A stretch of DNA of 62,916 nt, counting the filler, from Globobulimina sp. (taxonomy: Eukaryota): the NCBI GenBank assembly GCA_003354225.1. It is 25 parts of 25 records of this genome, joined end to end, with 100 filler letters (N's around TTAATTAATTAA, not from the genome) between each part and the next. Parts side by side here need not be neighbours in the genome. Positions count along the whole stretch, not along the records: positions 10,089 to 12,510 come from PIVH01006775.1; positions 12,611 to 15,032 come from PIVH01006776.1; positions 15,133 to 17,554 come from PIVH01006777.1; positions 17,655 to 20,076 come from PIVH01006778.1; positions 20,177 to 22,597 come from PIVH01006779.1; 20 more parts are not named here. One strand, written 5' to 3'. A model generated the notes under the pieces. It was not told where the DNA came from and did no database searches. It saw only the letters and a list, made by a program, of their open reading frames with translations. The first letter of the stretch is position 1, and each line of letters opens with the position of its first letter. A program made the position numbers and the translations under genes. Below, in pieces: positions 10,089 through 21,272 of this stretch.

Positions 10089-12510
10089 GTTGGACGGATG
10101 TATTGATTGATTGCCTTGTTGATAATTTCGCGCTTTTTGACATTTGCGTTAAATGATGCATGATTCCACTTTTCTTTGTTGGATATCTTTTTAATAATTC
10201 AGTGATCTTCCACAATAACACCGCATTGCTGATTAAAAATATGATAAATACAATACCGCCGGAATACAAATTGATTTCAACGGTTACTTCGTCAAACATA
10301 ACCACTAAAATCTGCGCTAAAATATGTAACACCAATAATAATTTTGCGACATGAAAGAAATAATCCAATATCGTCGCATATGGTGTCGGAGGCAGAGACT
10401 CCGAGATTGTAATTTTAAAAGTAAATAAACACAGCAATAATGTGGCAATCACCGATAATCTCTTTGCCAATGGATGTGGCGCACAAAAATAAATGGAAAA
10501 TGCAAATATCTCAATCAATAACAACGGCATAAAAGTATCCCAAACGTGATGTTTCCATCTTCGCGCAATAGGAACATCCACAATGCAATGCGTATATCTC
10601 TTACCTGATGTACTGCCACCATCCATTGCTGACTCTCGATTGATATAAATCGACGGCGAAAATACATCCCAATCCGTACCACCCATCATATCCAATTTAA
10701 AAGGCATCAGCCGGACATTCAACTCGTCCTCGTCCGCAAAAGTCGCAACGGATTCGTCAATTTGTAATGCAAATTTCATAGTAACCTTATGATGGTCAAA
10801 GGGGAATGCATGTAAATCAAAGGGCTGACTGAAAATGCCGCGAATATTACCTCTCGTATACCACAACGGTTTGCTACTGTCATTCGAATTTGATTTATAT
10901 TTTCTGCACCATTTCTCGTCATTTTCTCGATAAATCTCTTGCGTTTCCATTGCATTCAATGCACATAAATTCCACGACGGAGTATCGTCATAGACACCCG
11001 CTTGATGCTCTTTTTCGTGATTGATGGCTTCTGCGCCAAAGGCCGCATTCTGCGATGGATCGTCATTCGTAAAGGCTGCATACCAAATATCTGCCCAATA
11101 TGACATGTTTTGGGTCTCGACCCGGTCAATGTGATTGATTAATATTTTCAATTTGATCTTTTCCGGATCTGGCGGCGTATATAACAATAAAGCGTCTTCC
11201 AACGAGGTGACCATAACCGATGTAATAAATGTCCAGACGCGATTCCATGAACCTTTGATATCTTTCCATTGCAAAGGCAGCGCATTTTCCAACATTCGAA
11301 ACCAGGCTGTTTTCATATATTTAAAATGTTTCGGTAGCACATTTAAATAAACATGACGGCGACCTAATTCTTCCAAAATGGAAACAGCTTCATCCACATT
11401 ACTCAATAACCCGATGATGGAACCAACGGCGCGCACCAATTTATTCGCTTGTTGCTGCATTTCAGTTTTACTAAATAAATTGCGAACTTCTGCAGTCGAC
11501 GAGACCAGATCTTTGAAAAACGATGTTACTGCCACATCCATTACTTTTTGAACATCATCCCACGAATCTTGCGCCACTTTGATGTCTTCCGCACTGATCT
11601 CAGAACCGTCGCCATCCTCAGTGATGCCAATGGAGGAACAGGTCGTCGCATTGTCAGCGACACCGCGATATCCTGCCATCATCATACCAATAATAAAGGA
11701 GATAACACGAGTCCATGAGCCACGTAATTCCTCTGTAAATTGAAAACCTAAACATTGTTCAAATAATTTGATTAAGATTGGCTTCATTAACGCTAATAAG
11801 CGCGGATTAATATTCATCGCTGCATGTTTACGGCCCAATTTCTTTAAATATGGAATTAAATTATCGACATCCATCAATTGTTTAATCACCGCAGTTAACA
11901 TTGACATGACTACATCCGTTTGCTTTGCTACATCAATGCTATGCGTATGGAATACTTTTAAAATCGAGGTTTCTGTGGCTATTAATTTCAATAAGGTCGC
12001 ACAACATTTCTCGCTGTTGTCTTTACCACTGATTAGTTTCCACGCTGCCGTCACCTCTTCAATATCGTGAATGGTCATTGATCGAAATACTCGCTCCCTA
12101 TTTTTCTTTGCTTTCTTATCGGAAATGGTGGTCTTTGAAGTCTCGCGGTCATAGGCGGCACGCATTAAAATAATAAAATTTTCTTGTAATTTGCTCCAAA
12201 CTCTTTCAATCTCAGCTACATCGGCACCATAATCAGTATTTTCTTCATTTTCAAATTGCATAAAACCGGTGATTGCGTCTAAAACGCATCGATTTGCTTC
12301 TTGGACCTGGGCAATGGAAATGTTATATTTTACGTGACGGCCAAACATCTCAAATACGCATTCATGCTCTCCATTACACATTAAATTAATACCTTTTCTG
12401 TACATATTTATTAAAAAAGCGCCTTGAATGGCGATACCGGGCATTGCTGAAAAGACTTCTGAGGTTTCTGGACATGCTTCAACTAATTGTTCGACGATTT
12501 GGATTTGTTT
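10089..12510 (-). CDS. Multi-globin (at least 3 domains) fused to a Cys-less pentameric ligand-gated ion channel; both ends truncated
   Basis: One open frame across the whole contig. Three globin repeats with CD1 Phe, E7 Gln and F8 His (FGRH, LGRKH, LGRRH), then an LGIC extracellular domain with FDLHAFPFD (FPFD at 10795-10806) and four TM helices with the M2-M3 loop SLPPTPYATILD. Confidence 0.88.
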
Positions 12511-12610
12511 NNNNNNNNNNNNNNNNNNNNNNNNNNNNNNNNNNNNNNNNNNNNTTAATTAATTAANNNNNNNNNNNNNNNNNNNNNNNNNNNNNNNNNN
12601 NNNNNNNNNN

Positions 12611-12760
12611 CAACAGTCAACTATCAACTGTCAACTATCAACTGTCAACTATCAACTGTCAACTATCAACTGTCAACTATCAACTGTCAACTATCAACTG
12701 TCAACTATCAACTGTCAACTATCAACTGTAAACTATCTACTGTGCACTGTCAACAGTCAA
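12611..12760 (+). repeat. Minisatellite, 14-nt unit CAACTGTCAACTAT
   Basis: About 9 near-perfect units at the contig start, decaying 3'. The unit is a dimer of CAACTRT. Confidence 0.95.
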
Positions 12761-12767
12761 GTACTTG

Positions 12768-13013
12768 CACAACTTAGTTTTGAAGCCTTTATGCTGTGAT
12801 TTAATACTAGCGCCTTCGGCGCGTCCGCCTGCGGCGGAATTCTGTAAAATTTATCTCTAACCTATACTAGTATATATATATATATATATATTTATAACAG
12901 TTACAAAGTTGTCATATGATTTATAGTTACACAACCTAATTTTCAAATCTTCATGCTGTGATTTGATACTAGCGCCTTCGGCGCGTCCACCTACGGCGGA
13001 ATTCTGTAAAATT
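12768..13013. repeat. About 85-nt direct duplication with GC hairpins and CTAG, flanking a (TA)n tract
   Basis: 12768-12851 matches 12930-13013, including ...ATACTAGCGCCTTCGGCGCGTCCRCCTRCGGCGGAATTCTGTAAAATT. Confidence 0.8.
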
Positions 13014-13649
13014 GATTTAATACTATCAAAAAACAAAAAGTAGAGCTTACTTAAAGTGATATATTTCTGAATGTTAACACCAACAGTACAACACAATATT
13101 CTCCCATGAATAGAAACCTGGGAATATTGTGATGCTTTTATAAGAACAGATTTGATGTTTCAGAAATAAGAAAGAGATGGATAAGTGATAGTTTATGAAT
13201 AGAGTTAGTTGGTGATTTATATAACAGAGTTATATACGATGGTGATTTCGGATACTCTAATGAATTCATATTCTATCCTTTGGGTGTTCTTTCTTTTTGT
13301 TTTGCAAAATTATTGAATGTTTCGGCTTTAATTCTGCTAGCTAGTTTTCGTTTTCATCACCAACACAAAAAACTTTCTTTAACAAACCTTCACATAATTC
13401 TCTCTTACCAACCCAATACTCTACAATATTTTAGATATTAAATGGCTCAACAAGGAATCCAATGTCCGTCTTCAGGCAAACATCAATTATCAACCGGGCT
13501 CCAAGGCAAATATTGCAGTAATTGTGATCAAAAAAGGTTCTCTCATTTATACCACCAAACCTCGCAATCTGCAGCAAATTCAATCACATCGAGTTAGTTG
13601 AAAAGCACAACAACATGGCGTTATTTTACAAGCAGATGAAACATATTGG

Positions 13650-13787
13650 GACCTAGGAGGGGCTGGCCCCATAAAACCAAAGAGGATTTTAGTTCGCTTC
13701 GCTCACTATTCGCGAACGTAGGGTGAGCGCAGCGAACTAAAATCCTAAAATTCTCTTGGGTTTTATGGGGCAAGCCCCTCCTAGGTC
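13650..13787. mobile_element. 138-nt palindromic, MITE-like or foldback element
   Basis: Outer arms GACCTAGGAGGGGCTGGCCCCATAAAACCAAAGAG and its near-exact reverse complement; inner arms AGGATTTTAGTTCGCT / AGCGAACTAAAATCCT. Confidence 0.6.
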
Positions 13788-14217
13788 ACATTCACTTTGG
13801 GTAGAATATTAACTCAAGAGGACTATACATTGTACTTTGACAAATGTCATTTTAATTGGGCAAATATAGATGATTGGCATGTCATAACTTATCGGAATTA
13901 TATTTGTATATTCCAGCTTTTGAATGATCTCTTGCATAGGCATATGCTGCCACTATGAATTCATTGTTATTCCAGACAATTGGTCTTGAACAATCTGTGA
14001 CTGGACATGGTTTCAAAGTTACTTTCTCTTCCATTAAAAAACTTTTTCATTTTGGTGTATAATTAAAACATAAAATCCAACAAACCAATAGGTTCAATGG
14101 AAAAACAAAAGTAAATCATTTTCCTCTAAATTGAGTTACATTACATTTGAAAGGAGTTGATCAATACTAATCCTCCAATGATTCCCATCCCCACCCAACA
14201 AATATACCATCTCAAAA

Positions 14218-14982
14218 CTAACATATTTGAATCAATTTGTTGAACGTTGGTAATTTGCATAAACATCTCACATATCCAAAACTTAACAATTCCTCATTCT
14301 GTATATTATACATATTTATCGCTTCATATCTTTGCTTTGAGGGACAATTTAATTTACACTGTTTAAATTCCAAAGTCCTTGTATTCAATACGTAAATTGT
14401 ATCAGAATATGTACTTTTCTGCAGCTGTCCTCCAAATATCAACACATATTCACAGTTTCTCGTTGCAACACAACCGAAAAGAAGTATTGGTTTGGGTAAT
14501 GGTTGTGTGAGTTTAGTCCATTTGGAACTGTGCAAATCAAATGAATATATATCTTCAGCCGTTCTTTCGCCATCCTCTCTTTGATGCGCACCACATAACA
14601 ATAAAATATGTTTTGATTTCACATATATTAATTTCTGAAAAAATGATTCTTTAAATTCTGTGAAATTATATTGATGAATGAACTTTGATTTTTCTGTATT
14701 CCAAATCATATGTTTACCATTCAGTACAGCATGAAATTTATTGTTGATAAACGTTCCAACTCCTTGATAACCAGAAAGGACATTGGTAGTGAGTTTATAT
14801 GTGTTTGTTTCGATTTTCCATTCAATAAGCATAGTTCTTGAATGTATGCATAATGTTTGTTGATTGATGTCGAATGCAATAGCCCCGATATAAGGAAATG
14901 AAAAAGCATTTGGAAATTCCCATTCTTTCCATTCGCTTGTGTTTGACCATTTTACGAATTCTGAATCATTTATTTTGACCAA
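14218..14982 (-). CDS. Kelch-repeat (beta-propeller) protein, partial
   Basis: LLLCGA...DIYSFDL..SKW..L..PLP and YVLIFGG....YSDTIYVLN; C-terminal ELLSFGYVR motif. Confidence 0.75.
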   Translation of the reverse strand: MVKINDSEFVKWSNTSEWKEWEFPNAFSFPYIGAIAFDINQQTLCIHSRTMLIEWKIETNTYKLTTNVLSGYQGVGTFINNKFHAVLNGKHMIWNTEKSKFIHQYNFTEFKESFFQKLIYVKSKHILLLCGAHQREDGERTAEDIYSFDLHSSKWTKLTQPLPKPILLFGCVATRNCEYVLIFGGQLQKSTYSDTIYVLNTRTLEFKQCKLNCPSKQRYEAINMYNIQNEELLSFGYVRCLCKLPTFNKLIQIC

Positions 14983-15132
14983 TTTTGACGAAAAAAAGCT
15001 GAGGTGAGAGAAGGTCAGAAGGAAGACCGTTTNNNNNNNNNNNNNNNNNNNNNNNNNNNNNNNNNNNNNNNNNNNNTTAATTAATTAANNNNNNNNNNNN
15101 NNNNNNNNNNNNNNNNNNNNNNNNNNNNNNNN

Positions 15133-15333
15133 ATCCTGGCAGTTCCGGCTGATGCCATTTTTGCTATTCCCGGCCGGCACTTAACACCTGGCCTGGCGTG
15201 GTTGGGAGCAATATGCTATGCCCTGCAAATCTATTATGATTTCTCCGGCTATTCTGATATGGCCATTGGTTTGGGCCATATGTTTGGCTTCAAGCTTCCG
15301 GAAAACTTCAATTATCCATATATTTCAACCTCA
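15133..15333 (+). CDS. Bacterial MBOAT O-acyltransferase (AlgI/DltB-like) internal fragment
   Basis: Manual translation gives ...[48 protein letters not shown] content is higher than in the rest of the contig. Confidence 0.9.
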
Positions 15334-17310
15334 CCGGATCGTAGTGTTTGTGTCTGATAATAAACGGTTTGGGTGCACTGCAAAAGGAGGCGGACAAATC
15401 AAACTGCTCCGACTTGGACTGCGACAAAGATAACGGCGACTTTTGTTCGATGTAAGTGCTCGTATTGGTGGTGGATATGGGCGATATGGCCGCGGGTCTA
15501 TGTGAATATAAATGGTTGTATGTGTTATAAGTCTCTGTGGAACGACTCGAGGTTAATTTGACAGTGGCGGAGTGTTTATGTGGTACAGACTTGAGAGGAT
15601 ATGGCATATCATCCTCGTCATCATAGATGTAGTTGTTATTGATTAGATCGTCAAAGTCAGAGTCCATATCTTCCGGATTCCCTGCGATTTCATCAAAATG
15701 TGTTTTCAGTTGTTTTGGTGACGGCGAATGAGCGATTATACGCGTGAATGGATTGCGTGACTTTTTCTTATGACTGTTGCTTTTACGGCCGTAGCTCAAT
15801 GGAATGCAATTACGTGAGCTTTGTTGTGCGACCACTGCAAATTCGGCAGAGTCGTAGTATGGCGATAACACCGAGGATAATATCAGTCGTTCGATCTCAT
15901 CCACGCAGTTATCAAATATCTCGCGTTTCTGATGCAAGTTAATGCTGCTTATTACCTCGCGGCGCGATAATGAGTTCATAAAACAGTCGTAACTCAAATT
16001 CACCTGAACAGCAAATGTGAAACAGACGAAGATAGCTCAAAGTTTGTAATTATATGTTTCTATGATTTGTATGTGTTATATTTTAGATATTCAATGCAAA
16101 ATAATGTTTGTTTATAACACAAATAATGACAGTCTCCATTCTAACGCAATTGAAAAATGTATTGATCAGATTACATATACAAAAAATAACTAAGCATACA
16201 AAAACGATACGATTCAGACGATTGAAATCTGACCAATGCATTGTTTATTATGTTGCGTTGACTGAGCGGACTGTTATTTGTTATTAAATACAATGTACTG
16301 TATTCGTGAATATATTATGAATTACAAACAAATCATAGAAACGTTATCGGTTAATTTGTATACAGATATTCCAGAAACGGATGAGAACAGAATATATTTG
16401 GAGACACTGACGAAACTTGATACTGTGCATTGGATACAATATACGCATTATAAATGGAAATAATTTGAAAATCAATATCGCGTTTAATATTATCACTGAA
16501 CGTGTTTTCAAATCGCAATTGTTTTTCATTGCAGGCAATATATTGATCAATTTTGCACTTAAACTGTTGCACAGATTGTAAAAATAATATATTTTCTTCG
16601 CAATAGATGCGTTCCATAAAAGCAATAAGTGAATTTAATAGCGGTTTGTCTGAATATATATCTTTTAATGATGGTCTGTATAAGCTATTGCGTTGCATAC
16701 TGTTCCTGGTCATGCACGCTGCCATAGCCATGTCATAGTTATTGCCAATCGAGGTGGATATCGGTGTGATGACATACTTATTATTATGTGTATCAGAGTT
16801 GGTGTGGTGTTTAGACTGCGCATGGTTTAATTTATCGAACCATGAGGATAAACGATATACTTTCTTAGGGATATTGTCATTGGACTGGGTGGGAGTGGAG
16901 GTGATGAAATCTATCTGTTGCGTTTGGATCCGTGGGACGGATTTAGAGCGACCGTATTTTTTCTTGTGCCGCTTGTGACGTCGTTTTGATTTGGATTTAA
17001 TGCGTGTGTTGTTGTGGATATTCTCAGTTGTATCTGTATGGTATTTTGTATTTTGATGTTTGCGCATTGCACGTTGCCCTCTGCGTGGTTTGTCTGCGCC
17101 TTTGTAGCGTTGGTTGTTGTTAAATAATTGTTTTATTTTCTTTTTGCGATGTTTGCGGTTGCCGTTGATTTGGGATTCAATCTCTACTCCAAAATAGTGC
17201 TGTAGTTTGGAGGAGTTTAATATGTCGATTATAGGGTCTTCATCTAATGAGGTCTTGATTTGCTGCAATGATTTTTGATCACCTTTCGTTTCTGTTAGTA
17301 TCTCTGCCAT
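15308..17310 (-). CDS. RGS (regulator of G-protein signalling) domain protein, two exons
   Basis: [17 protein letters not shown]...[17 protein letters not shown]...[13 protein letters not shown], joined by a GT-AG intron at 16004-16416. The 3' end runs into the bacterial fragment. Confidence 0.85.
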
Positions 17311-17654
17311 GGTCTACTCTTTAGTTAGCTGCAAGAATACTTGCCATCAGCGATCTTGCAACAGTCTGTAAAGTATAACAAATATCACATAAAGTGGTTT
17401 ATCCCCACCACTGTAACCACAAAACATATAAGAAACCATTGGCAATCAACAAATCCGCACATAAATATTACAATACACAGCCTCCATAGAAACAGCTGGA
17501 TAAACAACAGCAAAAATAATGCAATAATCTCATTAAATCATATGTACAAACAAGNNNNNNNNNNNNNNNNNNNNNNNNNNNNNNNNNNNNNNNNNNNNTT
17601 AATTAATTAANNNNNNNNNNNNNNNNNNNNNNNNNNNNNNNNNNNNNNNNNNNN

Positions 17655-17820
17655 AAAAACACAGAATTATTTTTTCCATCGGAATTATTTCTCCACGGAA
17701 ATCCAGGAATTATTTTTTTCACGGAAATATAAAAAATCCAAAAAAAGAACTGTTTTATGAAAATAAAAGTTTTTAAGGAACTCATGGGAATTATTTTTTC
17801 CACGGAAATATAAAAAATCC
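17655..17820. repeat. Degenerate tandem repeat (GAATTATTTTTT..CACGGAAAT)
   Basis: About 4 imperfect copies at the contig start. Confidence 0.6.
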
Positions 17821-17969
17821 ACTGTGTTTTTCGTTTCTATTTTAGTTTAAGAGAGGTTGTTGTTTGTAAATAAACCATTTATAGGCGTTTTTTTTGATGC
17901 AAATTATAATTGCAAAACAAAAAAAGAAAAGCCCAATACAACATTCATTACAATGTATATAGATATGTG

Positions 17970-19862
17970 TTATGAAAACAATCGTAACAAAACATATCTA
18001 TTCCCAATATATTTTCTATCTAAATCCCGAACAGCTTTCCGTGCCTCGTTTCTATCAAAAAATGAGATTGTAGCTTGTCCACAAAATCTTCCTTTATCGT
18101 CCATAATAAATCTCAATGATTTCGGATCGATGGAATTATATCCTTTAAAAAAATTAATTATATCACTTGCTTTGCTTTCAAATGGAATTCCAAGAATTGA
18201 GATTAAATTTATTTTATTGTTCTTATTATTATTATTTTGAAGATTCTGCGGATTTATATTTTCTTGATTTGTTTGAGTGTTATTATGATAATTTTCAAAT
18301 TCCGCACTAAAATTGCAATTGGGAACGTTATCAAAATGTTCAGGTTCAGGTTCAAATTCCGGTTCATGTTTTTGGTTATTTTGAACCGGCTGTTGATAAT
18401 TTATAGCGTCGCCAACAACGGATCGTAACTCATATTTACTGACTTGAATTAAATTAATTAACGACTTATCCATATATGTGTCATTACGAGTTAATGCCAA
18501 TTGACATTCGAATTGTGTCTTAAATTCGGCGTAAGCCACATTTAAAGTTGCTTTTATCTGCAACTGCTTAGGATAAACATTGATGGACTCTGCAAAAAAA
18601 GAAATAATATCAGAATGCTTACAATTGGAAGGAATTCCGTTAATGCGTAAACAATTTAGGTATGGATTCAAATTCAGAGATAATGGAGTTCCGCATAACT
18701 GTGCTAATGCTAATTTTAACTCATTTACTGTCGAACGGAAGACATTGATATACCTACAACCCAAATATTCATTATTTAATTTAAAAATAGCTGCTTCCAT
18801 ATTTTTGTTTTTATCAAATTCTAAAAACGCAATGCCGCTGTTTCGATTACGCGAATCATAGATTACATAAATTGATATATTTGCAATATTTATTGACGAT
18901 GATTTTAGCCATTCACTAATTGCATACTCATCAATCTCAAACGAGAAACCTTTCAATTTCAGGACAACTTGCTGTCGATTTATTATTTCCGATTGCGAAA
19001 AACCACGCGATATACGTACGAATTTCCTAAATTCTCGCAACGAACCATGGGTTACTTGGATGTAGCGATCACCAATAAACGAACCATGTTTTTTAAATGC
19101 TAATTTAAGATCGGATTTTGCCGAAAATACTACAAATATGTGTCCAATTCGTTTGCCACTATAATTAATTACAAAAAAAATTCCGCGCGAAAGGGGTTCA
19201 AAGATGGTTAAAGGAGAAAGAAATTCAATTATGTCTCTTCTGGTGGCTGTATATGGTACGCCGGTTAATAAAATATAGTGTTTATTTAATGGGATTGTGT
19301 AATCTTTATATAGATCGCAATGATGATCATTAACTTGGATCAGTTTCTTTGGTTTAGTGGAGTGTATAATTGGTGGTGGCGATGAACTATCGGACGTAGA
19401 GATATTTGTGTTTGAACTCACGTTGGATGCGACAATTGAGGCATAACTTGGTGATACATTCACTTTGCTGTCAATAACATTCTCAAGCTCAATTATTGGA
19501 ATTATCGGGTTTGTAATCGATATCAAATTCAAATCCTTTTCTATCAAATTTAGGTCCTTTTCGATCAAATTTAGGTTTAAATCAACATCCAGTTCTGAGT
19601 TATTTGTACAATTTGTAGTACAATGGCTACAAAGTGAAGAATTTAAATCGAATTTTGTAGATTTGGCTTTCGTTCTAATTCCGACAATTGCGCCGTGATA
19701 TAATTGCTGTACATCTTCTAATTCACAGTAAACGCCAAACTCTTTATCTTCCAAATAAAGCTCAATTGAGTTGTCTCCTAATTCCAAGTAAAATTTATCA
19801 AACGCAATGTCGTATAATTTTGACACCGTCGACGTACATATTGATACTGGATACGTATACAT
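17970..19862 (-). CDS. Multi-(q)RRM RNA-binding protein, hnRNP F/H / ESRP / RBM12-like
   Basis: Four RRM-like units, e.g. LTGVPYTATRRDIIEFL..GDRYIQV, LKGFSF..GCRYINVF and ILGIPFESKASDIINFF..IGNRYVLL. Confidence 0.85.
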   Translation of the reverse strand: MYTYPVSICTSTVSKLYDIAFDKFYLELGDNSIELYLEDKEFGVYCELEDVQQLYHGAIVGIRTKAKSTKFDLNSSLCSHCTTNCTNNSELDVDLNLNLIEKDLNLIEKDLNLISITNPIIPIIELENVIDSKVNVSPSYASIVASNVSSNTNISTSDSSSPPPIIHSTKPKKLIQVNDHHCDLYKDYTIPLNKHYILLTGVPYTATRRDIIEFLSPLTIFEPLSRGIFFVINYSGKRIGHIFVVFSAKSDLKLAFKKHGSFIGDRYIQVTHGSLREFRKFVRISRGFSQSEIINRQQVVLKLKGFSFEIDEYAISEWLKSSSINIANISIYVIYDSRNRNSGIAFLEFDKNKNMEAAIFKLNNEYLGCRYINVFRSTVNELKLALAQLCGTPLSLNLNPYLNCLRINGIPSNCKHSDIISFFAESINVYPKQLQIKATLNVAYAEFKTQFECQLALTRNDTYMDKSLINLIQVSKYELRSVVGDAINYQQPVQNNQKHEPEFEPEPEHFDNVPNCNFSAEFENYHNNTQTNQENINPQNLQNNNNKNNKINLISILGIPFESKASDIINFFKGYNSIDPKSLRFIMDDKGRFCGQATISFFDRNEARKAVRDLDRKYIGNRYVLLRLFS

Positions 19863-21165
19863 TTCATTTCGTTTTGAAGCAAAAACAATAAAGAAAGCAA
19901 ATCCGTATACTTAACATTTTTTAACGTATTTTTCATATTTCATAAAAATTGTAAAAATTCGATCCATATTCGTGGCTGTGGTTGTAATGTTTTGTATAAG
20001 GAAGGTAGACTGAAATTGTTTTTTTTTCACATTTACAAATTTTTATGTTGAAATCATGGCCATCTCAATAGAATCANNNNNNNNNNNNNNNNNNNNNNNN
20101 NNNNNNNNNNNNNNNNNNNNTTAATTAATTAANNNNNNNNNNNNNNNNNNNNNNNNNNNNNNNNNNNNNNNNNNNNCTCAACACACACACTCAATACAAA
20201 CTATGGCAACCATGCCATGTCCCTCACTGACACTGTCCACAAAAATCACATTTTATACCATTATAACACTACCAAAAACCCAAACCGCTCTTCGACGACA
20301 CCGTCCACGACACAGTCACTCACTCAGTCGCACACCACTACCACGAGCACTATCTCGTCACTCTCACTAAAAAAAGCAAGCCCAAAAAAAGAAATTAATT
20401 TCAAAGAAGGGCAAACTCAACAAAAAAAATGAGAAAATCTCCAAACGTTTGCAGTCAAATGATACACACACTCGCACGAACCAATACGGCTATGAATATA
20501 TGCCTGACAAACGCTATGGACTGCCCTTCAGTCACACAATCTCCAAACATCGACAACGCTGTCACTGCGGTAATATAGGCATGTTTGTATACACAAACTA
20601 ATTTGTGCAACTGTGTTTGTATATTATTTTATAATAAACACAGGATTATATTATTCGACGATAAAAGATGGAACACAAGCCACGAACGAAACCGAAAACG
20701 AAACCGAAACGGAGACTAAAACTGAAGGGAAGAGCAGAATGGAAGAGCCGAAAACATGTGTGTAAATAGAAGAGATTTGGAAATATGAGTAGGGATTTGT
20801 GAAGGCTAAAAAGGTTTTTTGTTTTTTGTGTCACTTCAAAGTTTTTCCGACTGTCACTTCAAAGTTTTTTTTATTGTTTTTTGATTTGTTATTTTAGTTA
20901 TTATCCCGAAGTGCAAGGGATAATAACTATTGTATTGTACATATATATTTGTACATGATTTATTTACGGAAACATTTTGCGTATTTATTTTGGATCGATG
21001 CATTTTTGTTCTGCATCGATGAATTTTTGTTTTTTGTATGCATTTTTTTTTTGCATAAATTATGCATTTCTGTTCACATTTTGCATCTATGCATTCTATA
21101 ATGTTCTGAATGTCACCGCGGTGACACATTCAGAATGCATATTTGATGCTTTTTCTGGCTGGTAG

Positions 21166-21272
21166 AAATTATGCGTTTTTTTTTGCATATTTATGCGTTT
21201 TTTTGCATAATTTATGCGTTTTTTTTTGCATAATTTATGCGTTTTTTTTTGCATAATTTATGCGTTTTTTTT
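21166..21272 (+). repeat. Tandem repeat TTATGCG(T)nGCATAAT, about 5 units
   Basis: Directly visible; each unit is internally palindromic around a poly-T tract of variable length. Confidence 0.85.

Noticed and set aside
12611-12760. Tandem repeat as a CRISPR array or telomere
   Set aside because: There are no unique spacers or cas genes, and no G-rich telomeric unit. It is a simple minisatellite.
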